This document shows positions 18,199 through 26,480 of a DNA stretch of 64,000 nucleotides, one piece after another. Origin of the DNA: Gemmatimonadales bacterium (GTDB lineage: Bacteria > Gemmatimonadota > Gemmatimonadetes > Gemmatimonadales > Gemmatimonadaceae); the NCBI GenBank assembly GCA_038213465.1, contig JBBQTA010000007.1:75488-139487 (forward strand), read 5' to 3'. Made by a program: the position numbers and the translations under genes. The notes beneath the pieces were generated by a model. That model had not been told where the DNA came from. It searched no databases and saw only the letters and a program-made list of their open reading frames with translations. The first letter of the stretch is position 1. Each line of letters begins with the position of its first letter.

Positions 18199-19380
18199 AT
18201 GACAGGAACGCGGAATCGAGTCGTCTGGGGCGTACTGGGTACGACCGTCCTCGCGCTGGCCGTGGGGCAGGCCTCGTTGCGCGCCGACGCGCGGCAGACC
18301 GTGCAGGCGCCACGCTTCGAGGTGGACCCGATGTGGCCCAAGCCTCTCCCCAATCACTGGGTGCTCGGCTCCGTGATCGGCGTCGGCGTGGACAATCGCG
18401 ATCATGTGTTCATCATCCACCGCGGCGACTCCACGCTCAACCAGCGGACCGAGGCCGGCGGCGGTGGGGCCAACCCGATGGCGGAGTGCTGCATCGCCGC
18501 GCCGCCCGTTGTGGAATTCGACGCCGCGGGCAATCTGGTCAAGGCGTGGGGCGGCGCCGGCGACGGCTACGACTGGCCGTCGTCCAACCACGGCATCGCG
18601 GTGGACGACAAGGACAACGTGTGGATCGGCGGCAACGGCGGACGCGACTCGCACATCCTCAAATTCACGCACGATGGCACGTTCATCGCGCAGTACGGCG
18701 CCTCCAGGCAGACCGCCAACAGCAGCGACAGCAGCCACTTCGGTCGTGTCGCCAAGATCTCGTTCGACAACAAGGCCAGCGAGGCCTACGTGGCCGACGG
18801 CTACGGCAACAAGCGCGTGGCCGTGGTGGATATGAACTCCGGCAAGATCAAGCGCTTTTGGGGCGCCTACGGTAATAAACCGGACGACGCGAACCTTGGC
18901 CCGTACAATCCTGACGCGCCACTGGTCAAGCAGTTCCGTAATCCGGTCCACTGCGCCGAACCCGCCAACGATGGCCTGGTGTACGTCTGCGACCGGCCGA
19001 ACGATCGCATTCAGGTCTTCCGCAAGGACGGCTCCTTCGTGAAGGAGGTGCAGGTCGCACCGCGCACGCGTGGCGACGGCTCGGTGTGGGACATCGCCTT
19101 CTCGCGTGATGCGGCGCAGAAGTATCTGTTCCTCGCCGACGGACGTAACGAGCGCGTGTACGTGATGGATCGGCAGTCGCTCGAGATCCTCACCAGCTTC
19201 GGCGACGGCGGTCGTCAACCCGGCCAGTTCTTCGCCGTGCACAGCATCGCCACCGACAGCAAGGGCAACGTCTATACCACGGAAACGTACGAAGGCAAGC
19301 GCCTCCAGAAATTCGCCTACAAGGGCATCGGCACCGTGAGCCGCGCCAACCAGGGCATCCTCTGGCCCAAGGGCAAGTAG
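18199..19380 (+). CDS. Secreted NHL-repeat beta-propeller protein (amidating-lyase-like)
   Basis: Signal peptide; FEVDPMWPKPLP; HGIAVDDKDNVWI; YVADGYGNKRV; YVCDRPNDRIQVF; HSIATDSKGNVYT. ATG 18199 preceded by GGAG. Confidence 0.85.
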   Translation: MTGTRNRVVWGVLGTTVLALAVGQASLRADARQTVQAPRFEVDPMWPKPLPNHWVLGSVIGVGVDNRDHVFIIHRGDSTLNQRTEAGGGGANPMAECCIAAPPVVEFDAAGNLVKAWGGAGDGYDWPSSNHGIAVDDKDNVWIGGNGGRDSHILKFTHDGTFIAQYGASRQTANSSDSSHFGRVAKISFDNKASEAYVADGYGNKRVAVVDMNSGKIKRFWGAYGNKPDDANLGPYNPDAPLVKQFRNPVHCAEPANDGLVYVCDRPNDRIQVFRKDGSFVKEVQVAPRTRGDGSVWDIAFSRDAAQKYLFLADGRNERVYVMDRQSLEILTSFGDGGRQPGQFFAVHSIATDSKGNVYTTETYEGKRLQKFAYKGIGTVSRANQGILWPKGK

Positions 19381-19390
19381 GCCGCGAGAC

Positions 19391-19879
19391 CTACTTGCCC
19401 GGCATCACCGCGACACACTCGATCTCGACTTTGGCACCCGGCGAGACGAGCGCTGCGACCACGACCGTGCTCCGCGCCGGCGGCGTGGTCGGGAAGAACT
19501 CGCGATACGCCTGATTCATGCCGCCATAATCCTTCACGTCGATCAAAAAGACCGTGCACTTGGCCGCCTGTGCCATGGTCGTGCCGGCTGCCTCGAACAC
19601 CTGCTTGATGTTGTCCAGCGCGACCTTGGTCTGCCCGCCAACCGTGCTGTCCGGCGCATCCCGCTTCATTCCCAGCTGTCCCGACGAGTAGACCACATCG
19701 CCGATCCGGATGCCTGGGGTCAGCGTGGCCGACGCGCTCATCCCCTTCGGCACGATCGGAATACGCGTCTGCGCCTGCATGGCCACCGGGCTCAGGAAGA
19801 CCATGGTGGCCAGCGCCGTCGAGGCGGCACGGGCGAGCGACGGGTGAGCACGGAAGGAAAGCGCACGGGACTGAGCCAT
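19391..19879 (-). CDS. RidA/YjgF family imine/enamine deaminase with an N-terminal signal-like extension
   Basis: YSSGQLG; QTKVALDNIKQVFEAAG; KCTVFLIDVKDYGGMNQAYREFF; PPARSTV (conserved Arg); KVEIECVA. Confidence 0.9.
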   Translation of the reverse strand: MAQSRALSFRAHPSLARAASTALATMVFLSPVAMQAQTRIPIVPKGMSASATLTPGIRIGDVVYSSGQLGMKRDAPDSTVGGQTKVALDNIKQVFEAAGTTMAQAAKCTVFLIDVKDYGGMNQAYREFFPTTPPARSTVVVAALVSPGAKVEIECVAVMPGK

Positions 19880-20391
19880 CGGAAGCCTCGGAGCGTAGGG
19901 GAGAGTGACGGCGCGTCGCCGGCGTGGGACGACGTTGGCGCGGCCGTTGCCGGAATGTCGAGCTTGATGCGGCGGAGCGTGGAATCGAACGGGAGTGGGA
20001 CCGCCCCCGCCCGCATGCCATTCAGCTTGAGCATGTACGCCGTCACGTCGGCATACTCGTCGCGCGACAGCGAGCCGGGGGCGGAATCGGGCATCGTGCT
20101 GCGAATCAGATCGTACAGGTCGAACGCCGTCCGGCCGTTCCAGTTGAGCCGGAAGTCGGCGGACGACATGTCCTTACGCGTGTGACACTGCAGGCAGACC
20201 CGCGTGAAGACCTCGTCACCCCGCGCCGCCTGCTCGGCGCTGTACACGCCCGAATCGGCAGCCGCGGTGACGTGCTGCGCTCCGGCGCGCTGGGCAATCG
20301 CCGTGGACAGCACTGTGAGGTACAGCACAGAGCCAGCGGCAATCGCGCCGGCGCGCGCGATGTATCGAATTCCGACCGTCCGTAGCGACAT
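19792..20391 (-). CDS. Periplasmic class I c-type cytochrome
   Basis: C-terminal part of ORF 19792..21822, from ATG 20391. Signal peptide; GVYSAEQAARG...CLQCH...IRSTMPDSAPGSLSRDEYADVTAYML. Confidence 0.85.
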   Translation of the reverse strand: MSLRTVGIRYIARAGAIAAGSVLYLTVLSTAIAQRAGAQHVTAAADSGVYSAEQAARGDEVFTRVCLQCHTRKDMSSADFRLNWNGRTAFDLYDLIRSTMPDSAPGSLSRDEYADVTAYMLKLNGMRAGAVPLPFDSTLRRIKLDIPATAAPTSSHAGDAPSLSPTLRGFRWLSPVRFPSVLTRRSPVPPRRRWPPWSS

Positions 20392-20478
20392 GGCGGCCAA
20401 TCTCCGCAACCGCGCCACGGATTGCAACCGTCCGGGCTTCATTACATCTTCGGCCAGACCCTTCAGCCCGTCGATGCC

Positions 20479-21930
20479 ATGCCGGATGAGTTCAACCCGT
20501 TCCTGAGCGCGGATTTCGACACCGAGTCGATGCCCCGCCGCGACTTCCTCCGCCTTGCCGGTGTCGGCGCGGGGGCGTTGCTGGCCACCGGGTGCGCCAC
20601 CGTCCCTGCGGCGCAGGTGCGCGGGCTCGAACCCAGGGCGAGTGGCGGGAAGGGCGTGGGTAGTGTCGTCGTGGTTGGCGCGGGTGCGTGGGGCGGCTGG
20701 ACCGCTTATCACCTGCGCAAGCGCGGCGCCAAGGTCACGCTCATCGACGCGTACGGCGCCGGCAACTCCCGCTCGACCAGCGGCGACGAGTCGCGCGGCA
20801 TCCGCTCGTCGTATGGCGACCGGACGGTCGGCGAGCTCTGGACCCCCTGGGCGCGTGAAGCCATCCGCCGCTGGGCCGCGTTCGACGCGGAATGGGGCCC
20901 CACATTCGGCACCAGGTTTTATCACCAGACCGGCGATGTCATCATGCGGGAGAAGGACGAGCCGTTCCTCAAGCGCACGCTCGACCTGTGGACGGCGAAC
21001 AACGTCGCCCACGAGGTCCTCACCGGCGACGAGGTGCGTAAACGCTGGCCGGTCATCAACGCGGACGACACGACGATCGCGATCTATGAGCCCGATGCCG
21101 GTGTGGCGCGCGCGCGTGCGTCCACGCAGGCCGTCGCCGCCGTCGCTGTGAAGATGGGCGTTAAGTTCATCCAATCGCGTGCCACGCTGCGCCCGATCGT
21201 CAACGGCAATCTGGATGGCGTGCAACTGGAAGACGGATCGATCATCCGCGGTGATGCGTACGTCTTCGCCTGCGGGCCGTGGCTGCGCAAGCTCTTCCCG
21301 GCGCTCATGGAAAACCGCATGCGCATCCCGCTCGGCTACGTCTGCTACTTCGGCACACCGGTGGGCGATTCGCGCTTCACCTATCCCAACCTGCCGAGCT
21401 ACAACTTTCCCGGCGTGACCGGATGGGCCGCGCTTCCCACGGACAGTCGCGGATTCCGCGTGCGCGGCGGTATTGCCGCGCCGCAGCCGCCAGAAACGCC
21501 GGACCAGAAGGCCGAACGCGAGGCGCGGGCCAAGGCTGCCCCGCCACCGCCGCCCCCCGATCCCCTGCAGAACGATCCCGATACGAGCACGCGATGGGCC
21601 GCCCCCGATCGCATCGAGGGAATGCGTCGCTTCGTGCAACGTCGCTTCCCCCTCCTCGCCGACGCGCCGCTGCTCGAAACGCGCTGCTGCCACTACGAGT
21701 CGAGCATCAATCGCGACTTCATCGTGGATCACGTGCCAGACACGAGGAATGCGTGGATCGCCGGCGTCGGACAATCCGAAGGTTTCAAGTTCGGTCCCGT
21801 GGTCGGCGAGTACATCGCCCAACGTGTGCTCGGCGTCGACGGCGACCCGAAGCTGATCAAGGCCTTCGCGCTGCCCACCGATCAGTACGAAGTGCCACGA
21901 GCGCCGGGCGACGAGGACGACGTGTTCTGA
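20479..21930 (+). CDS. Tat-exported FAD-dependent oxidoreductase (DAO/sarcosine oxidase family)
   Basis: Twin-arginine signal PRRDFL; Rossmann VVVVGAGAWGGWTA...LID; RSTSGDESRGIR; YVFACGPW; GFKFGPVVGE. Confidence 0.88.
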   Translation: MPDEFNPFLSADFDTESMPRRDFLRLAGVGAGALLATGCATVPAAQVRGLEPRASGGKGVGSVVVVGAGAWGGWTAYHLRKRGAKVTLIDAYGAGNSRSTSGDESRGIRSSYGDRTVGELWTPWAREAIRRWAAFDAEWGPTFGTRFYHQTGDVIMREKDEPFLKRTLDLWTANNVAHEVLTGDEVRKRWPVINADDTTIAIYEPDAGVARARASTQAVAAVAVKMGVKFIQSRATLRPIVNGNLDGVQLEDGSIIRGDAYVFACGPWLRKLFPALMENRMRIPLGYVCYFGTPVGDSRFTYPNLPSYNFPGVTGWAALPTDSRGFRVRGGIAAPQPPETPDQKAEREARAKAAPPPPPPDPLQNDPDTSTRWAAPDRIEGMRRFVQRRFPLLADAPLLETRCCHYESSINRDFIVDHVPDTRNAWIAGVGQSEGFKFGPVVGEYIAQRVLGVDGDPKLIKAFALPTDQYEVPRAPGDEDDVF

Positions 21931-21993
21931 CGTGCAGATGCGTGCGGGCGCGCTGTCTCATCGAGGCGCGCCCAATGCGGCGTGGGCGCTGCG

Positions 21994-22887
21994 CTATCGC
22001 GATCGGTTGCCGCGGGCCGCGTTCTCCTGACTGTTGAGTGTCCAATCGTACTCGGTCACGCGCACGGTGAAGCTGCCGCGGCTCAGCAGTTCACGCTCCG
22101 CGCCGGCCGGATAGTACTGCGCGATGAACTTCCCCACCGACGCGTTCGAGCCGCCGAAATCCTTGATGTAGTCGCGAAACTCGACGAAGATCGGGCTCAC
22201 GTGCACGATGCGCTGGACGACGTCCACGCGATTCTTGGTCGGCGAGCGCAACAGAAACGCCTTGGCCTGATCGTCGAGCTGCGCCTCGAGTCGCGCACCT
22301 GTGAATGCTTCGCTGCGGAGCGGCGGACAGCCCATCGCCGCGCACACCAGCGCGAAGTGAATACGCGGCTCGTTGTACCGCGGGCGAATGATGTCCTGCT
22401 CGATCTCGTCCAGCCCATACACCGTGCCGCCGACCCTGGCGATCTTTTCGGCCCACGGACCGTATCCCTTCACGAAGCCAAAACTCTTGTTGATGTTGCG
22501 GATCGACCGGCGCTCACGCTTTGCATTGATCAGCTGGATGGTGTACGCATTGTACGCGTTGATCCAGAAGGCCAGCTGAGCGGACTTGCTCCAGCCGCGT
22601 GACGGGTCGGCCGCCGCCAGCTTGTCGAGGTAGCGCGCGAATTCCGGGGATCGGGCGAACGCGTCGTAATCGACCATGCCGCGCGCTACGTGGGCCCGCA
22701 GCAGCGCGTCGAATGCACCGTGATCAAATTCATCTGGCGCGGACTGCGCGACGACCGTCGCATGCGTCACCGACACCAAGGGTGCCGCGACCAGCAGGAG
22801 CGGTGCGACGAATCCGCGGAGCCAGCGCATGGTGCTCGCGGCAAGGTGCGGCCTGCGATGTGCGGAATCACTCTGGGAGGACGGCAT
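21994..22887 (-). CDS. DUF547 domain secreted protein
   Basis: AQLAFWINAYNAYTIQLI and EPRIHFALVCAAMGCPPLR, characteristic of DUF547. The start may be ATG 22830 (MRWLRGF signal peptide). Confidence 0.85.
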   Translation of the reverse strand: MPSSQSDSAHRRPHLAASTMRWLRGFVAPLLLVAAPLVSVTHATVVAQSAPDEFDHGAFDALLRAHVARGMVDYDAFARSPEFARYLDKLAAADPSRGWSKSAQLAFWINAYNAYTIQLINAKRERRSIRNINKSFGFVKGYGPWAEKIARVGGTVYGLDEIEQDIIRPRYNEPRIHFALVCAAMGCPPLRSEAFTGARLEAQLDDQAKAFLLRSPTKNRVDVVQRIVHVSPIFVEFRDYIKDFGGSNASVGKFIAQYYPAGAERELLSRGSFTVRVTEYDWTLNSQENAARGNRSR

Positions 22888-23059
22888 GGCATGAATCGGG
22901 CAGAAGAAGTCGTGAGGCAGCAGCGACGCCGAACAAACGAAACCGGATCTCAGAGACTATCTCCGGAACGCTTCTACGGTTCCACCCTTGGATCCGCAAG
23001 CAACCGACTTCACATTGAGCGGGTCCGAAGCCCCCACTCAATTCTCCAGGGATCCGAGC

Positions 23060-23785
23060 GTGACCGACAGTACTGACGCGTCCGGGACAGCCAAGGCGTC
23101 CACGATCTGGCGCACGGTGGGCATCGCTGTTGCGGCGGTCATTGCGCTCGTCGTCTTCGGACGCTGGGGGGCGCGTTACGTGCCGATTTTCGCTGAGTGG
23201 GTGCGCGGACTCGGTGCAATGGGCCCGCTGGTATTCATCGGCGGCTACATCCTGGCCGCGGTGGCCGGCGTTCCCGGCTCGCTGCTCACCCTCGCTGCGG
23301 GCGCCATCTTTGGTCTCGCATTCGGCGTGCTCTACGTCTTCATTGGCGCGACACTCGGCGCATCGGCGGCCTTTCTCGTGTCGCGCTACGTGGCACGTCG
23401 ACAAATCGAAAAGCGCGTGGCCGGCAACGCAAAGTTCCAGTCGCTTGATCGCGCGATTGCCGCCGATGGTCGCAAGATCGTCTTCCTGCTGCGGCTGTCG
23501 CCGGTGTTTCCGTTTTCGTTGCTGAACTACGCCCTTGGCTTGTCGCAGGTGCGCTTTGTCGACTACGTCGTGGCCTCGATCGGCATGCTGCCGGGTACAG
23601 TGTTGTATGTCTACTACGGCAAGCTGGCCGGAGATGTCGCCACCGTGGCCGCAGGCGACGCTCCGGCGCGCGGGACCGGCTACTACGCCGTGCTCGTGGT
23701 CGGCCTCGTGGCGACCATCGCCGTGACCACCATCATCACACGCGTCGCGCGACGCGCATTGCGAGCCACGGAGGTCGCTGCATGA
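23060..23785 (+). CDS. TVP38/TMEM64 (DedA superfamily, SNARE-associated) membrane protein
   Basis: VPGSLLTLAAGAIFG; GATLGASAAFLVSRY; LLRLSPVFPFSLLNYALGLS; GMLPGT. Confidence 0.9.
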   Translation: MTDSTDASGTAKASTIWRTVGIAVAAVIALVVFGRWGARYVPIFAEWVRGLGAMGPLVFIGGYILAAVAGVPGSLLTLAAGAIFGLAFGVLYVFIGATLGASAAFLVSRYVARRQIEKRVAGNAKFQSLDRAIAADGRKIVFLLRLSPVFPFSLLNYALGLSQVRFVDYVVASIGMLPGTVLYVYYGKLAGDVATVAAGDAPARGTGYYAVLVVGLVATIAVTTIITRVARRALRATEVAA

Positions 23786-25329
23786 CAGGCACCACCACGA
23801 CCGACACGGCGGCGCGCCGCCCATCGTTGCTCCCGAACGATGCGGACGATGCACGGCTACTCGCGCAGGTGCACCCGGTCGATTGGCAGAACCCGACGCC
23901 CAAGTCGCGCTATCACCTCGTGGTGATCGGTGCGGGCACCGGCGGGCTCGTCACCGCCGCCGCCGCCGCAGGTCTCGGCGCACGCGTGGCATTGATCGAG
24001 CGCCATCTCATGGGTGGTGATTGCCTCAACGTCGGATGCGTACCGTCCAAGGCTGTCATCCGTGCGTCTCGCGCGTGGTATGCTGCGCACAGCGGTCCAT
24101 CCCGCTTCGGTTCGCCGCCGGTCGAACGCGATGGCGATTTCGCCGCGGTGATGGCGCGCCTGCGCCACGTGCGCGCCGATCTCGCGGTGATTGACAGCGC
24201 GGCACGCTTCGGCGAGCTCGGCGTCGATGTCTTTCTGGGCGACGCGACCTTCGATGGCCCCGACACGATCAGCGTCGCAGGCGCACACCTCACGTTTCGT
24301 CGCGCCGTGATCGCCACCGGCGCGCGCGCGCTTGTTCCACCCATTCCGGGGCTCGCCGCGACGCCGTACTACACCAACGAAAGCATCTTCACGCTGACCG
24401 AACGTCCTGCGCACCTCGCCATCCTCGGCGCGGGACCCATCGGCTGCGAATTGGCGCAGGCGTTCGCGCGCTTGGGCACGCGGGTGACGCTGATGGACAA
24501 GAACACGCAGATCATGCCGCGCGAAGATGCCGACGCCGCGGCGGTCGTCTCCGAGGCCATGCGACGGGACGGCGTCGAGATCATGCTGGGCGTCGAAATT
24601 CAGCGGGTCGCACACGAGAATGACACCACCACGCTGCACGCCCAGCGCGATGGCCGGCAGCTGGAGGTACTATGTGATGCACTCCTTGTCGCGACGGGAC
24701 GCACACCGAACGTGAACGGCCTGCAACTCGATCGCGCGAACGTCGCATTCGACGAACGCACCGGCGTCACCGTCGACGATCGGTTGCGTACGAGCAATTC
24801 GCGCATCTATGCGGTGGGCGATGTGTCCTCGGCGCTTCAGTTCACGCATGCCGCTGACTTTCAGGCGCGCCTGGTGGTGCAGAATGCGCTGTTCTTCGGG
24901 CGCGGCAAGGCCAGTGACCTGATCACACCGCGCGTCACGTACACCAGCCCCGAAGTCGCGAGCGTGGGCGAATCGGAACGTACCGCCGCGAAGAAGAACC
25001 GTGCGGTCGACGTGGTCACCGTCCCGCTGCACGAGGTCGATCGGGCGAGGCTCGACGACGAGACCGACGGATTTTGCCGCATTCTGCTGGCGCGCGGCAC
25101 CGACCGCATCATCGGCGCCACACTGGTCGCCGAGCACGCGGGTGAGAATATCGGTGAAGTGGTGCTGGCCATGACCGCCGAGGTCGGACTGGGCATGATC
25201 GGCAAGACCATGCATCCGTACCCGACGCAGGGGGAGATGCTGCGTAAGGCCGCGGACGCGTGGCGTCGCCGCAAGCTGACGCCACTGGTGAAGACGCTCT
25301 TCGCCGTCTTCTTCCGCATCATCCGGTGA
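23782..25329 (+). CDS. Pyridine nucleotide-disulfide oxidoreductase, MerA/dihydrolipoamide dehydrogenase-like
   Basis: VIGAGTGG; GGDCLNVGCVPSK redox disulfide; GAGPIGCE; IYAVGDV; HPYPTQGE. No C-terminal Cys-Cys pair and no HMA domain. ATGA overlap with the TVP38 gene. Confidence 0.88.
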   Translation: MTGTTTTDTAARRPSLLPNDADDARLLAQVHPVDWQNPTPKSRYHLVVIGAGTGGLVTAAAAAGLGARVALIERHLMGGDCLNVGCVPSKAVIRASRAWYAAHSGPSRFGSPPVERDGDFAAVMARLRHVRADLAVIDSAARFGELGVDVFLGDATFDGPDTISVAGAHLTFRRAVIATGARALVPPIPGLAATPYYTNESIFTLTERPAHLAILGAGPIGCELAQAFARLGTRVTLMDKNTQIMPREDADAAAVVSEAMRRDGVEIMLGVEIQRVAHENDTTTLHAQRDGRQLEVLCDALLVATGRTPNVNGLQLDRANVAFDERTGVTVDDRLRTSNSRIYAVGDVSSALQFTHAADFQARLVVQNALFFGRGKASDLITPRVTYTSPEVASVGESERTAAKKNRAVDVVTVPLHEVDRARLDDETDGFCRILLARGTDRIIGATLVAEHAGENIGEVVLAMTAEVGLGMIGKTMHPYPTQGEMLRKAADAWRRRKLTPLVKTLFAVFFRIIR

Positions 25330-26480
25330 GTGGAGAGCGACGACTCCTCCTCGTGGGCGGCGGTCACGCGCATCTGGAAGTGTTGCGCAACGCGGCGACG
25401 AATCGGTTCAGCGGGGAGCTCGTCTTGATCTCGCCATCGCGCGCGCAATTGTACTCGGGGATGATGCCCGGGCAATTGCGCGAGGCGTGGCCGGAGTCGG
25501 CGCTGTCGGTGGATCTGCCGGCGCTCTGCCGTGCGGCGGGCGCGCGCTTCGAGGAAGCGGCCGCCACCCGGCTCGATGCGGACGCGACCTCCATTCTTGT
25601 GCAGACGAACGCCGGGGCGTTCACCGGATCGCACGCGTCGCTGGACATCGGCGCATCCGCATCGGGGCTCGAGCTGCCCGGCGTTCGAACGCATGCGTTC
25701 ACACCCAAGCCGCTCGCGTCATGGCATGCGTTGCTGACCCGCGCGGGCACACTCACAACCGTTGACGCGGCAACCCTGGATTGCTGCGTTGTCGGCGGGG
25801 GCGCGGCGGGCACGGAGCTCGCGATGGCCCTCGCGGCGCGACTGTGCGCCAGCGGCCGTTCGCCCTCCATCGCGATCGTCTCAGCCACCGAGCATGTCCC
25901 GTCCGGTTTCAGGACGTCGGTCACGCCGCGTATCGAGCGCGCGCTCGCGCCAGTCTTTGCACGGCATGGCATCCGCGCGATCACCGGCGGAACAGTGTGT
26001 GCGGTAACCGGGCGCGGCGTCGAACTGGCCGATGGCCGCGAAATCCGCTCCGCAATGACCATTTGGGCGACGGGCGCCAGCGCACCCGCGATCATTCGGG
26101 ATTCCGGATTGCCTACCGACGACGCGGGTTATCTCGCCGTTGACCGCACACTGCGCGCTACGTCGGGCGTTCCGCTGTGGGGGGCTGGCGACTGCGTGTC
26201 CATCGCCGACGCCCCATGGGTGACCAAGTCCGGCGTCTACGCGGTACGCGCAGCACCAATCCTCGCGCACAACCTGCGACTCGCGACGGAAAAGAACACC
26301 GACGCCAGGCGCACCGTCGCCATGCGAAGCTTCAATCCGCAGCGCCACACCATGCTTATTCTCGACACGGCCGACGGCGCGGCGCTGCTGAGCTGGCGCG
26401 GGCTGGTCATCCACGCGGGCCTGGCGCTCCGCCTCAAACGCTACATCGACGAACGTTTCGTGGCGCGGTATCAGCGATAG
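25326..26480 (+). CDS. FAD-dependent oxidoreductase resembling the domain often fused N-terminal to SelD
   Basis: LLLVGGGHAHLEVL; YSGMMPG; VVGGGAAGTELA; WGAGDC; KSGVYAVRAAPILAHNL; LKRYIDERFV. GTGA overlap with the upstream gene. Confidence 0.8.
   Translation: MSGERRLLLVGGGHAHLEVLRNAATNRFSGELVLISPSRAQLYSGMMPGQLREAWPESALSVDLPALCRAAGARFEEAAATRLDADATSILVQTNAGAFTGSHASLDIGASASGLELPGVRTHAFTPKPLASWHALLTRAGTLTTVDAATLDCCVVGGGAAGTELAMALAARLCASGRSPSIAIVSATEHVPSGFRTSVTPRIERALAPVFARHGIRAITGGTVCAVTGRGVELADGREIRSAMTIWATGASAPAIIRDSGLPTDDAGYLAVDRTLRATSGVPLWGAGDCVSIADAPWVTKSGVYAVRAAPILAHNLRLATEKNTDARRTVAMRSFNPQRHTMLILDTADGAALLSWRGLVIHAGLALRLKRYIDERFVARYQR

Noticed and set aside
19792-21822. 676-aa ORF as a single protein
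   Set aside because: Only the part from ATG 20391 is a coherent cytochrome c. The rest is antisense to the Tat flavoenzyme.
23782-25329. Calling this gene merA (mercury resistance)
   Set aside because: No C-terminal Cys-Cys pair, no HMA domain, and no merR, merT or merP nearby.
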